Source of the DNA: Gammaproteobacteria bacterium
Lineage (GTDB): Bacteria; Pseudomonadota; Gammaproteobacteria; GCA-001735895
Direction: 5' to 3'
Length of the DNA stretch: 64,000 nucleotides
NCBI GenBank assembly: GCA_050291745.1
Contig: JBNKKI010000120.1
Location: 4,397 to 68,396, forward strand
Position numbers and translations under genes: made by a program. Under the pieces are notes generated by a model, which was not told the DNA's origin, did no database searches, and saw nothing but the letters and a program-made list of their open reading frames with translations. Each line of letters begins with the position of its first letter. Within the stretch, counting starts at the first letter, position 1. Below are positions 8,059-15,278 of the stretch, one piece after another.

Positions 8059-10161
8059 TCATTCGTTGACTATCGGGCGGACCTCCCAAACGATCTCCTC
8101 TTCGGTCCGGTAGACCGGTTCGTTGCCGCACTTGATGGACTCCTTCAAGTGGGCAGCCAGCGGCTTATCGTACTTCTCCAGATACTTGATGGCCCGGTTC
8201 ACGGCGTTCCGGAAGGCGTCGCGGATGTTCTTCCGTTTGTCGTTGGATTTCCGGAGTTTGCCACCCAGACCAACCGCCTCGTTGATTGCGGCTGTGATCT
8301 GGGTCATTTCGTCCTCAAGCCGCTGGATTTCGGCATCGTTGTTTTCTGCCCGGGCTTCTTCAATCTCTCGGAGAAGCTCGTGAGCCGTCTCCCGGTATTG
8401 CTCGACGGCCTTGCGGTCGGCAACGAAGCCGGTATCACCCAACGGAACCCCCTGGGTGACCTGAAAACCTTCGTCGGTTTCATTGGAGTTCAGGACCGCG
8501 TTGCAGCTATCGATGGCAAACCCGCAGACGATCTCGTAGACCGAGGTTTCTTTGTTGGGCCTCGCCAGGAGGAAGTTGATGTACTCGGCTCCTTTGTCGA
8601 CACCCGTCACGAGCACCTCGGCGTTGCCGTTAAAGCGTGCGGCCCAGACACCCCCGCGCTTCCTGAAATAGTTGTCCGGCTGCTTCTGCTCGACCGGAAT
8701 GGCGGGGACTGAGATCACCGATCCCGATTCATAGACCGTCCGAAGCAAGCAGTCTCCTGGCAAGGTGCGCTGGCGGATGGCCGTGATGTTGCGGGCGACC
8801 ATGGTGTCCATCGCTTCGCAGACCTCCTTGGCGTGGCGCTTGTAAAGGTCATAGACCTTCTGGGCCACGCTTCCGGGGTTCCCATTCAGGTAGCGGAAGA
8901 CCCGACTCACTTCGCTGAATCGAGCGATAAACTGGGTGATGTCATCCTGATCACGGACCTGGTTGGCACGCTCCAGATACGCGGCCGCCATGATTTTGTC
9001 TTCGTCCTTGCTTCGGCTTTGGGTGAAGATGTCGGCCTTGTAGGCATCGACAGGATCATATTGATCGGCCTTCGCCGCAATAACGGCAAAGCGCCGGTCG
9101 ATGCACTGCGAGCAGGTGCCGCAGTGGGTATGGTGATTGGTCATCTCCCAGGTGTGCGTGCAGGTGGTCGATGCCGCGATCATCTCCTGGCATCCGGCTT
9201 TGGTGATGACCCCGACGACGTCAGCCTTGGTTTTCCAGATGTAGGGATTTTCAATGGTGAATGGTTCGCCAGCCACCAGACTGATGATTTCCTGGAAGCC
9301 TCGGATTACCCTGGGATGGGTGGTGCGCGTTGCTCGGCCGCCGACGACCTGGGCGCAGACCGGCAGATTCAGACTGATGACGCCGTTCTCGTAGAATCGG
9401 ACGCTCTTCAGGTTGATCATTTTTGCGATGGTCGCCCCGATGGACACATAGAGGAAGGAGCGGCTCCGCTGGGTGTACTCGTAGTTCAGCCCCTTGTTCT
9501 TGTTGACGCGAACTCCGATGTGAAGGGGAGCGTTTTCACCGGCCTTGTCGGCAATCATCTTTTCCAGGCGGCGGTGGCGTTTATTGAGCTTCGGGGTTGA
9601 CTTGTGTGTCACCAGGACGACCCGGTGCTTTTCGTTCAACACCTCGTCGATAGCTCCTGCCAGCGAATCCAGCCCGCCTGAAAACATCACCACCTGTTCC
9701 GGATAACCGAGAAGACGCCCGTCATCGTTGAAGTCCAGATAGCCCTGGAATGCCTGAGCCTCTTTCAGCTTGGTGAATTCAAAGTGGTAGCTGTCATCAG
9801 ACAGGAACCCAAGCGTCGAGCACAGGGCCTGCTGAATCTCCTCACCATTCCAGAAGTCCGGGTTCCGGACCGGAATGATGAAATGCAGATTTCTCCGCCA
9901 ACCATGACCAAAGGAATCAACGTCATCGGCTCCACGGGGAATGGCCTGGTCGGCGCTGTACACGTAGGTGGCAATTTCGAGCAGATCCTGGAAGGAATCC
10001 GGCACGTCCTTGCTCATCTTTTTGTGGATGTCTTCGATGCGTAGGGTGATCTTGTCCGGCCCATCCTTGCCCCACAAACGCAGGCGCAAATCCCGATCCG
10101 GGTTCTCCTCGATTCCGCTGGTCGGTGCGTTTCCGCAGATGATGTAACGCTTATCTTGCAT
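8059..10161 (-). CDS. 700-aa three-domain protein: unknown N-terminal domain, QueC-like PP-loop ATPase core, and unknown C-terminal coiled-coil-rich domain
   Basis: It carries a PP-loop signature VVMFSGGLDSLAGAIDEVL (SGGxDS), and downstream a QueC-type zinc motif CTHTWEMTNHHTHCGTCSQCIDRRFA (C-x(n)-CGxCxxCxxR). Roughly 190 aa at the N-terminus and 280 aa at the C-terminus have no recognisable motif. The start overlaps the upstream gene by 11 nt (translational coupling). Confidence 0.7.
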   Translation of the reverse strand: MQDKRYIICGNAPTSGIEENPDRDLRLRLWGKDGPDKITLRIEDIHKKMSKDVPDSFQDLLEIATYVYSADQAIPRGADDVDSFGHGWRRNLHFIIPVRNPDFWNGEEIQQALCSTLGFLSDDSYHFEFTKLKEAQAFQGYLDFNDDGRLLGYPEQVVMFSGGLDSLAGAIDEVLNEKHRVVLVTHKSTPKLNKRHRRLEKMIADKAGENAPLHIGVRVNKNKGLNYEYTQRSRSFLYVSIGATIAKMINLKSVRFYENGVISLNLPVCAQVVGGRATRTTHPRVIRGFQEIISLVAGEPFTIENPYIWKTKADVVGVITKAGCQEMIAASTTCTHTWEMTNHHTHCGTCSQCIDRRFAVIAAKADQYDPVDAYKADIFTQSRSKDEDKIMAAAYLERANQVRDQDDITQFIARFSEVSRVFRYLNGNPGSVAQKVYDLYKRHAKEVCEAMDTMVARNITAIRQRTLPGDCLLRTVYESGSVISVPAIPVEQKQPDNYFRKRGGVWAARFNGNAEVLVTGVDKGAEYINFLLARPNKETSVYEIVCGFAIDSCNAVLNSNETDEGFQVTQGVPLGDTGFVADRKAVEQYRETAHELLREIEEARAENNDAEIQRLEDEMTQITAAINEAVGLGGKLRKSNDKRKNIRDAFRNAVNRAIKYLEKYDKPLAAHLKESIKCGNEPVYRTEEEIVWEVRPIVNE

Positions 10162-10939
10162 CGGCTCGCGCTCCTTCTTTCAATTCGTCCTTCATTTTCT
10201 TCAGCGCATAGGAGGCGAAGCCGTTGGACGACTCCCGGGAGATGTCACCGCCTTCTTCGTATTTGTGCTTGGAAAACCAATCCGCCGAAAACTGTTCGAC
10301 GATCAGGGATGCTTCTTTGCAGTGCGTGGTCAGGGCTTTCTCGAATTGTCCCATTTCATTCATGGTGGCAAAGCGCTGGCCTTCGCCCAGATGGGTCGCC
10401 AGCGTTTTTGACAGGAAATAATTCATGCTCTCGTTGGTCAGCTTGGCGAAGAACGTGCGGGACAACTCGCCGAACTCCCGTTTTTTCCCGAGCGACGCCA
10501 ATGCTGCCTGAACGTCACTGGCGTCTGGCGTAAACAAGGAAGGCAGCTTGGGAGAGATGTGTTCGACCAATGCTCCAACCAAGGCCCGCTGCGACATCTC
10601 ACCCAAGTCAGAGCGACTACCGTTGGACTCGAGCTTCCGATCCATTGCCTCTGCAACAGCGGCGGCTACGTCGGGCAATGAGGTGTCCTGTGGCAGATTG
10701 ATGCCTACCGACTGCAGGTGATCGTTGAAGTTGTCCTTCTTGGCGGCAATGGCAAGCTGGGTCATCAGCCATACCGCCTCGGTAAACCCCTCATCGTTGA
10801 GCACAAATGAGAAGGCCTTGTCAGCCGCCCGTATTGTGGCGTTTGCGATCTGGGACACGTCGGCACCGGCCGTGATCAGGCCGACCACCTCTTTCCATGC
10901 CCTCGACCTTGGAAGGCTCCCAAGTCTGACGTGCCCCAT
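10151..10939 (-). CDS. Hypothetical 262-aa all-helical protein, operon partner of the QueC-like protein
   Basis: Its codon usage is consistent with coding sequence. It lies 33 nt downstream of the wHTH gene and overlaps the QueC-like gene start. No catalytic motif was recognised. Confidence 0.55.
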   Translation of the reverse strand: MGHVRLGSLPRSRAWKEVVGLITAGADVSQIANATIRAADKAFSFVLNDEGFTEAVWLMTQLAIAAKKDNFNDHLQSVGINLPQDTSLPDVAAAVAEAMDRKLESNGSRSDLGEMSQRALVGALVEHISPKLPSLFTPDASDVQAALASLGKKREFGELSRTFFAKLTNESMNYFLSKTLATHLGEGQRFATMNEMGQFEKALTTHCKEASLIVEQFSADWFSKHKYEEGGDISRESSNGFASYALKKMKDELKEGARADAR

Positions 10940-10972
10940 GTCGATCTCCTTATTGTTCGCGACCCTGCATCG

Positions 10973-11206
10973 TTATTCGGGCCTCCTGATGACGACGATG
11001 CTTCGGGCCTTACGAGCTTCTTTCTTCAAATAGCCTTTACGGACCAGTTGAGCGATCTGCTCGTGGGCGCTCGCGTGACTGATACCGAGGACTTCCGACA
11101 ATTCTTTCACCGTTGGCGGCAACCCCTTTTCATCGATGATTTGGCAAATGACCCTCAGCGTCCTGGCCTGCGGGTCGGTTATTTCCGATAGCTTTTTCTT
11201 TCCCAT
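10973..11206 (-). CDS. Stand-alone LexA-like winged-helix DNA-binding protein (77 aa, no peptidase domain)
   Basis: The sequence MGKKKLSEITDPQARTLRVICQIIDEKGLPPTVKELSEVLGISHASAHEQIAQLVRKGYLKK resembles the LexA N-terminal DNA-binding domain (LexA has ...[32 protein letters not shown]). GGAG lies about 8 nt upstream of the ATG. Confidence 0.6.
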   Translation of the reverse strand: MGKKKLSEITDPQARTLRVICQIIDEKGLPPTVKELSEVLGISHASAHEQIAQLVRKGYLKKEARKARSIVVIRRPE

Positions 11207-11262
11207 GGCGATTGCTCCGTGTCATGGCCACTGAGCGGATTAGGCCCATCTTATGGTTAAAA

Positions 11263-11291
11263 AATATACGACCTGATGAATATCAGGTCAA
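11263..11291 (-). promoter_or_regulatory. Near-consensus sigma-70 promoter (TTGACC, 17-bp spacer, TATATT) with an embedded perfect palindrome GACCTGATgaatATCAGGTC (11270..11289), a putative operator
   Basis: The minus strand reads TTGACCtgatattcatcaggtcgTATATT, about 55 nt upstream of the wHTH start codon. The 8-4-8 perfect inverted repeat overlaps the -35 element and the spacer, which is the expected position for an autoregulatory operator. Confidence 0.55.
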
Positions 11292-11779
11292 TCAAAAAAA
11301 CAGGACTTTTCATCTGATTCCGTCATCTTGCACGTCCCTCCGGTAGGTAACGAACGCAAGTCCGGTTAAAGCCGGGCACAACCAGATAACCGACCAGAGG
11401 CGGAGCTGAGGCGGTTGTGGGTGCCATCGAACGCGCATCCCGACCCCCACCGTTTTCTGGCATCCACACCATCCAGTCCCCCGGTCCCACCGGAGGTGTT
11501 CGATGTTGGATGTACAGGAAATGAATGATGGGCCGGGGACGGATGACCTTGGCGAAAACGGCAAACCCGGCCGCCTGTCGGGTGAGGCGAGGCTCCAGTC
11601 AGCCGCCTCCATTCTGGCCACTGCGATCCTGCGCCGAAAGGCCAAAAAAGCATGTGGAGGCAGTGAGTTAGAGATTTTCGAAGATTCTTCCCCTGTGCTC
11701 AGAGAAGGACTTGATTCATTGCCGGAACAGAGCATTCATTCATGACAACTCGTCCGGAAACCAAAATAAGGAGTTGAAA

Positions 11780-12304
11780 ATGAATGAGTTACAAAATGCC
11801 GCCACGGGCGGCAAGAATCAGGACCGAACCCGAAACTCGGTCCTTCGGCAGATGGCCCTGCTGCAATCCATGTCCCTGGAGCAGCTCCGGGAAAAATGGC
11901 TCGACCTCTACGGCGAAGAGCCGCCCCAGTACAAGAAACAATTCCTCATCAAGCGGCTGGCCTATCGCATCCAGGAGCTTTTCTACGGTGGGCTGTCCGA
12001 GCAGACCAAGGTCCATCTCCAGCAGGCCGCCAAGGAGGACCCGGTCGCAACTGTCAATCGACGCATCCCAGAGGAGCGGAAATCAAACGAGGCGATCCTG
12101 CCCGGGACCAGACTGGTGCGGATATGGAACGACCGGCGCTATGAGGTGATCGTTCTTGCCGATGGCTACGAGTTCGAAGGCCGCACCTTCCGGTCGCTCA
12201 GCGCGGTGGCCAGGGAGATCACCGGGACGCGCTGGAACGGGAAAGTCTTTTTCGGACTGAAGAAGGTTTACGGCAGAAAAGCCGATGGAGGTTCGGATGC
12301 TTGA
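11780..12304 (+). CDS. DUF2924-like serine-recombinase accessory protein
   Basis: Translation starts at MNELQNAATGG (11780), after an AAGGAG Shine-Dalgarno sequence. The C-terminus (RLVRIWNDRRYEVIVLADGYEFEGRTFRSLSAVAREITGTRWNGKVFFGL) resembles the DUF2924 family that typically precedes large serine recombinases. The gene overlaps the recombinase start by 20 nt. Confidence 0.55.
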   Translation: MNELQNAATGGKNQDRTRNSVLRQMALLQSMSLEQLREKWLDLYGEEPPQYKKQFLIKRLAYRIQELFYGGLSEQTKVHLQQAAKEDPVATVNRRIPEERKSNEAILPGTRLVRIWNDRRYEVIVLADGYEFEGRTFRSLSAVAREITGTRWNGKVFFGLKKVYGRKADGGSDA

Positions 12305-13883
12305 TAACAGCAATGTCGCGCCGGGCAAAAACAAGACCCTGCGCTGTGCCATCTACACCCGCAAGAGCCACGAAGAAGGTCTCGAACAGGAGTTCAACTC
12401 GTTGGATGCGCAACGGGAATCGGCGGAACACTATATCGAAGCCCAGAGGATGCGTGGCTGGACGGCTCTGCCGGATCGCTACGACGATGGGGGTTTCTCG
12501 GGCGGGAACATGGAGCGTCCGGGGCTGCGCCGCCTGCTGGCGGACATCGACGCCGGGAAGATCGATGTGATCGTCGTCTACAAGGTCGACCGGCTGTCCC
12601 GCTCGCTGCTGGACTTCATGAAGATGATCGACCTCTTCAACGAGAAGGGTGTCAGCTTCGTCTCGGTCACCCAGCACTTCAGCACCACCGATCCCACCGG
12701 CCGGATGTTTCTCGGCATCCTGATCACCTTCGCCCAGTACGAGCGGGAGGTCATCGCCGAACGCATCCGGGACAAGGTGGCGGCTGCCAAGCGCCGGGGG
12801 AAATACTGCGGCGGCGTACCCATCCTCGGATACGACGTCAACCGGGACAACAAGAAGCTGCTGGTCAACCCAGATGAAGCCAGGACGGTGCAGTACATTT
12901 TCCGCCGGTTCATCCAGATCGGCTCGGCCAAGAAGCTGGGCCAGGAATTGAACGAACAGGGTTACCGCACCAAGGCCTGGACCACCAAGAAAGGCAAGGT
13001 GCGCGAGGGCTCCGAATGGAACACCGCCCACATCTATCGACTGCTAAACAACCGGATCTATATCGGCGAGATCGCCCACAAGGACCGCAGCTACCCCGGT
13101 GAGCACGAAGGGATTATCGACCGGGCGACCTGGGACAAGGTTCAGGCCATCCTGGAGGACAACAAACCGGTCAAGGTTTCCATGGCCAGAACCAAAATGG
13201 TCGCCCCGCTGAAAGGCGTCATCCGATGCGGCCACTGCGGATGCGCGATGGGACCGACCTACGCCCGCAAGAACGGCCGCCACTACACCTATTACATCTG
13301 CCAGAAAGACAGCAAGCGGACCGTGAGCCGGTGCCCGCTCAAACGGATTCCCGCCGGGGACATCGAGCAGGCGGTAATCGAGCAGTTGAGCGCGGTGTTT
13401 CGCACACCGACGCTGGTGGCCAAGACTTACTTCGCGGCCCGGGACATCGAGCAGGCAGAGCGGGAGCGGTTGTTCAAGCAGAAAGCCCAGCTCGAGATGG
13501 AGCTGTCGCAGGCACGGGAGCAGGCACTTGAACTGATGAAACCTGGCAACGATCAGCCGGGCAAGACCGAGATGCTGACTACGGTCAATCGCCAGGCGGT
13601 CGAGCTCACGAAACAACTGACCCATGTGAGCGAGCGATGCAGAGCCTACCAGGGGAACAGCATCACGGAGCAGGATGTGTCGGAGGCCTTCCAGAATGTC
13701 GAGGGCTTCTGGGAAGATCTTTTCCCGGTGGAGCGAAACCGGCTCATCCGCCTCCTGGTGGATAAGGTCGAGATCCGCGAGACCGGAATTGACATGGAGC
13801 TGCGCACCAACGGGCTGACAACGCTCATCGCCGAGCTGGCTGGTCTGGCATGCGAAGTCACCGAACGGAGGGCAAGCCGATGA
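12285..13883 (+). CDS. Large serine recombinase (integrase): resolvase catalytic domain, recombinase domain and zinc ribbon
   Basis: The N-terminal resolvase domain reads LRCAIYTRKSHEEGLEQEFNSLDAQRESAEHYIEAQ...IDVIVVYKVDRLSRSLLDFMKMIDLFNEKGVSFVSVTQ (Ser nucleophile in YTRKS). A recombinase domain and a zinc ribbon (RCGHCGCAMGPTYARKNGRHYTYYICQ...RCPLKRIPA) follow, then a C-terminal coiled-coil. The length is 532 aa. Confidence 0.85.
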   Translation: MEVRMLDNSNVAPGKNKTLRCAIYTRKSHEEGLEQEFNSLDAQRESAEHYIEAQRMRGWTALPDRYDDGGFSGGNMERPGLRRLLADIDAGKIDVIVVYKVDRLSRSLLDFMKMIDLFNEKGVSFVSVTQHFSTTDPTGRMFLGILITFAQYEREVIAERIRDKVAAAKRRGKYCGGVPILGYDVNRDNKKLLVNPDEARTVQYIFRRFIQIGSAKKLGQELNEQGYRTKAWTTKKGKVREGSEWNTAHIYRLLNNRIYIGEIAHKDRSYPGEHEGIIDRATWDKVQAILEDNKPVKVSMARTKMVAPLKGVIRCGHCGCAMGPTYARKNGRHYTYYICQKDSKRTVSRCPLKRIPAGDIEQAVIEQLSAVFRTPTLVAKTYFAARDIEQAERERLFKQKAQLEMELSQAREQALELMKPGNDQPGKTEMLTTVNRQAVELTKQLTHVSERCRAYQGNSITEQDVSEAFQNVEGFWEDLFPVERNRLIRLLVDKVEIRETGIDMELRTNGLTTLIAELAGLACEVTERRASR

Positions 13884-14302
13884 AAATGAAGCCGACCATT
13901 ACCGTTGCCGACAACGGCAACCTGCAGATCCACATCCCGATGCTGATCCGGCGCATGCGCGGCCGCAAGACGGTCATCGCTCCCCAGGCCCTGGATGGAG
14001 AAATCACCGGAGCGCAGGAACCGGTGCAGTCTGCCATCCTCCAGGCGCTGGGAAGAGCCTTTTCCTGGGCCGACATCCTCGAATCCGGCCAGATCAAGTC
14101 CATCAGCGAGCTTGCCCGTACCCTTGACGTCGATGGCTCGTATGTGGCCCGCATTCTCAAGCTGACGACCCTGGCCCCCGACATCATCGAAGCCCTGATC
14201 AACGGCGAGGAACCCAACGGGCTCTCGCTGGCCAAGCTGACCCAGACCTTCCCCGAGGACTGGGCCGAGCAGCGCAGCCAGTTCGGCTTCGCCACCGACT
14301 GA
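13880..14302 (+). CDS. HTH-containing hypothetical protein, the third gene of the recombinase module
   Basis: The start MKMKPTITV overlaps the recombinase stop (ATGA). A putative HTH is SISELARTLDVDGSYVARILKLTTL. A terminator follows. Confidence 0.5.
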   Translation: MKMKPTITVADNGNLQIHIPMLIRRMRGRKTVIAPQALDGEITGAQEPVQSAILQALGRAFSWADILESGQIKSISELARTLDVDGSYVARILKLTTLAPDIIEALINGEEPNGLSLAKLTQTFPEDWAEQRSQFGFATD

Positions 14303-14327
14303 CGACCGGACCGGAGACCACCAAAGA

Positions 14328-14354
14328 GAGCCGACCATCAGCGTCGGCTTTTTT
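14328..14354 (+). terminator. Rho-independent terminator after the recombinase module
   Basis: A gccgac-catcagc-gtcggc hairpin is followed by tttttt. Confidence 0.55.
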
Positions 14355-14665
14355 ACTTTAGGGGGCAGGAAGCCGGAGTTGACCGCGCTTCTTTTCGTGG
14401 CCGAGGCGGGCGATTTCGAAAAAAACGTCCGGTTGCGGCATCGAACGATGACCTAAGACAACCGCCCAAAATGGCAATCAGCCGCAAACCCATATCAATC
14501 AAGGATGTAGCTTTCCGGACGCGCTTCGGACTTCGTCCGGAGAAAACAGAGAATCAGGGGCCAAACAGAGAAAGAAAGGCGGGAGGATGGGGAGAATCGA
14601 TGGTGCGGAGAGGTGCTTTGGAAAGATATGAAACGGGCGCAAACCCTTTAGAAACAAGGGGAAAA

Positions 14666-14721
14666 AGAAAACCCGCCTACCCAGAGAATCACTCTGGAGA
14701 GACGGGTTGTCTTTTTTTAAA
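14666..14721 (-). terminator. Putative ssrA terminator (bidirectional hairpin) immediately downstream of the tmRNA CCA end
   Basis: The minus strand reads ...CCAtttaaaaaaagacaacccgtctctccagagtgattctctgggtaggcgggttttctttttcc. It contains the stem aacccgtct/aggcgggtt with a nested ccagag/ctctgg hairpin, then a U-rich tract. On the plus strand the same hairpin is followed by T7. Confidence 0.45.
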
Positions 14722-15097
14722 TGGTGGAGACGGGGGGAATCGAACCCCCGTCCGCCAGTCCTCTGCCATTGGCTCTACATGTTTATTCTGAACTTTAATT
14801 TAACTGCTTGCTACCCGTCAGACTAAGAAAACAATCAGCGATTTCGGTACTTTTTTAGTGCTTCGGCCCCGAACAAGCTTCCATCACGATTCTATGAGAG
14901 CGATGCCTGAATGTTCCCGAAGGAACCTGGACGCATAGACACGGCTCCAGTCAGACAGCATTCTACCGGTTATTAAGCGGCGAGTGCGTAGTTGTCGTCG
15001 TTTGCAACTATATATTTGCAGAAGATTTAACGAGTTTTTCTACATTCTCGACATGCACCTCAGGTTTCAATACCAACGTCGAAGCCGAGTCGTCCCC
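14722..15097 (-). ncRNA. ssrA: tmRNA (SsrA), about 376 nt, tag peptide ANDDNYALAA
   Basis: The minus strand begins GGGGACGACTCGGCTTCGACG... (compare E. coli GGGGCTGATTCTGGATTCGACG). It contains the tag reading frame GCAAACGACGACAACTACGCACTCGCCGCTTAATAA, giving ANDDNYALAA then two stops (plus-strand coordinates 14970..15005). It ends ...GGACGGGGGTTCGATTCCCCCCGTCTCCACCA at 14722. Confidence 0.9.
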
Positions 15098-15278
15098 AGA
15101 GATTCGATAGTATAATCCATTTATCTGGATTTATACTACCATTTACGCAATATTTGACAGTTTCTTGCTGTTTTAGTTCTGATATTGTTGCTGATGAATG
15201 GTGCTTTCCGTTATTATTCCGCTCGCTATTATTAAGCCTTTGCACCTTTGCCATTCATCTTACTTATTAATCTATCCC

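Noticed and set aside
11270-11289. Host LexA SOS box at the wHTH promoter palindrome
   Set aside because: The palindrome is GACCTGAT-N4-ATCAGGTC, not the CTGT-N8-ACAG gammaproteobacterial SOS box. It is more likely the cognate site of the island's own LexA-like DNA-binding protein.
11310-11735. 141-aa and 95-aa minus-strand ORFs in the divergent promoter region between the wHTH gene and the DUF2924 gene
   Set aside because: They lie in an intergenic regulatory region, have Pro/Ser/Gly-rich low-complexity translations and no ribosome-binding site. The region is better explained as promoters and 5' UTRs.
458-14338. Many long ORFs on the strand opposite the island genes, with some same-strand frame artefacts (for example 458..1033+, 1936..2946+, 2968..3624+, 4184..5443+, 5899..6660+, 7400..8017+, 7999..8712+, 8833..9600+, 12219..13031-, 13044..13625-, 13646..14338-)
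   Set aside because: High-GC DNA generates long stop-free antisense frames. Their translations are Arg/Pro/Gly/Ala/Leu-rich low-complexity with no motifs. Each overlaps almost entirely a gene with clear domain signatures on the other strand.
14471-14791. 106-aa plus-strand ORF spanning the island-ssrA junction
   Set aside because: Its 3' end is the reverse complement of the tmRNA acceptor and T-arm. It has no ribosome-binding site and poor composition. It is an artefact of the open frame across the tmRNA gene.
15060-15254. 64-aa minus-strand ORF at the ssrA 5' end and promoter
   Set aside because: It overlaps the tmRNA 5' end and the divergent purL/ssrA promoter region. It has no ribosome-binding site.
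15198-15278. Upstream 27 codons of the listed purL ORF
   Set aside because: Homology to the PurL N-terminus begins exactly at the ATG at 15279 ([19 protein letters not shown]). The extension is hydrophobic junk overlapping the ssrA promoter region.
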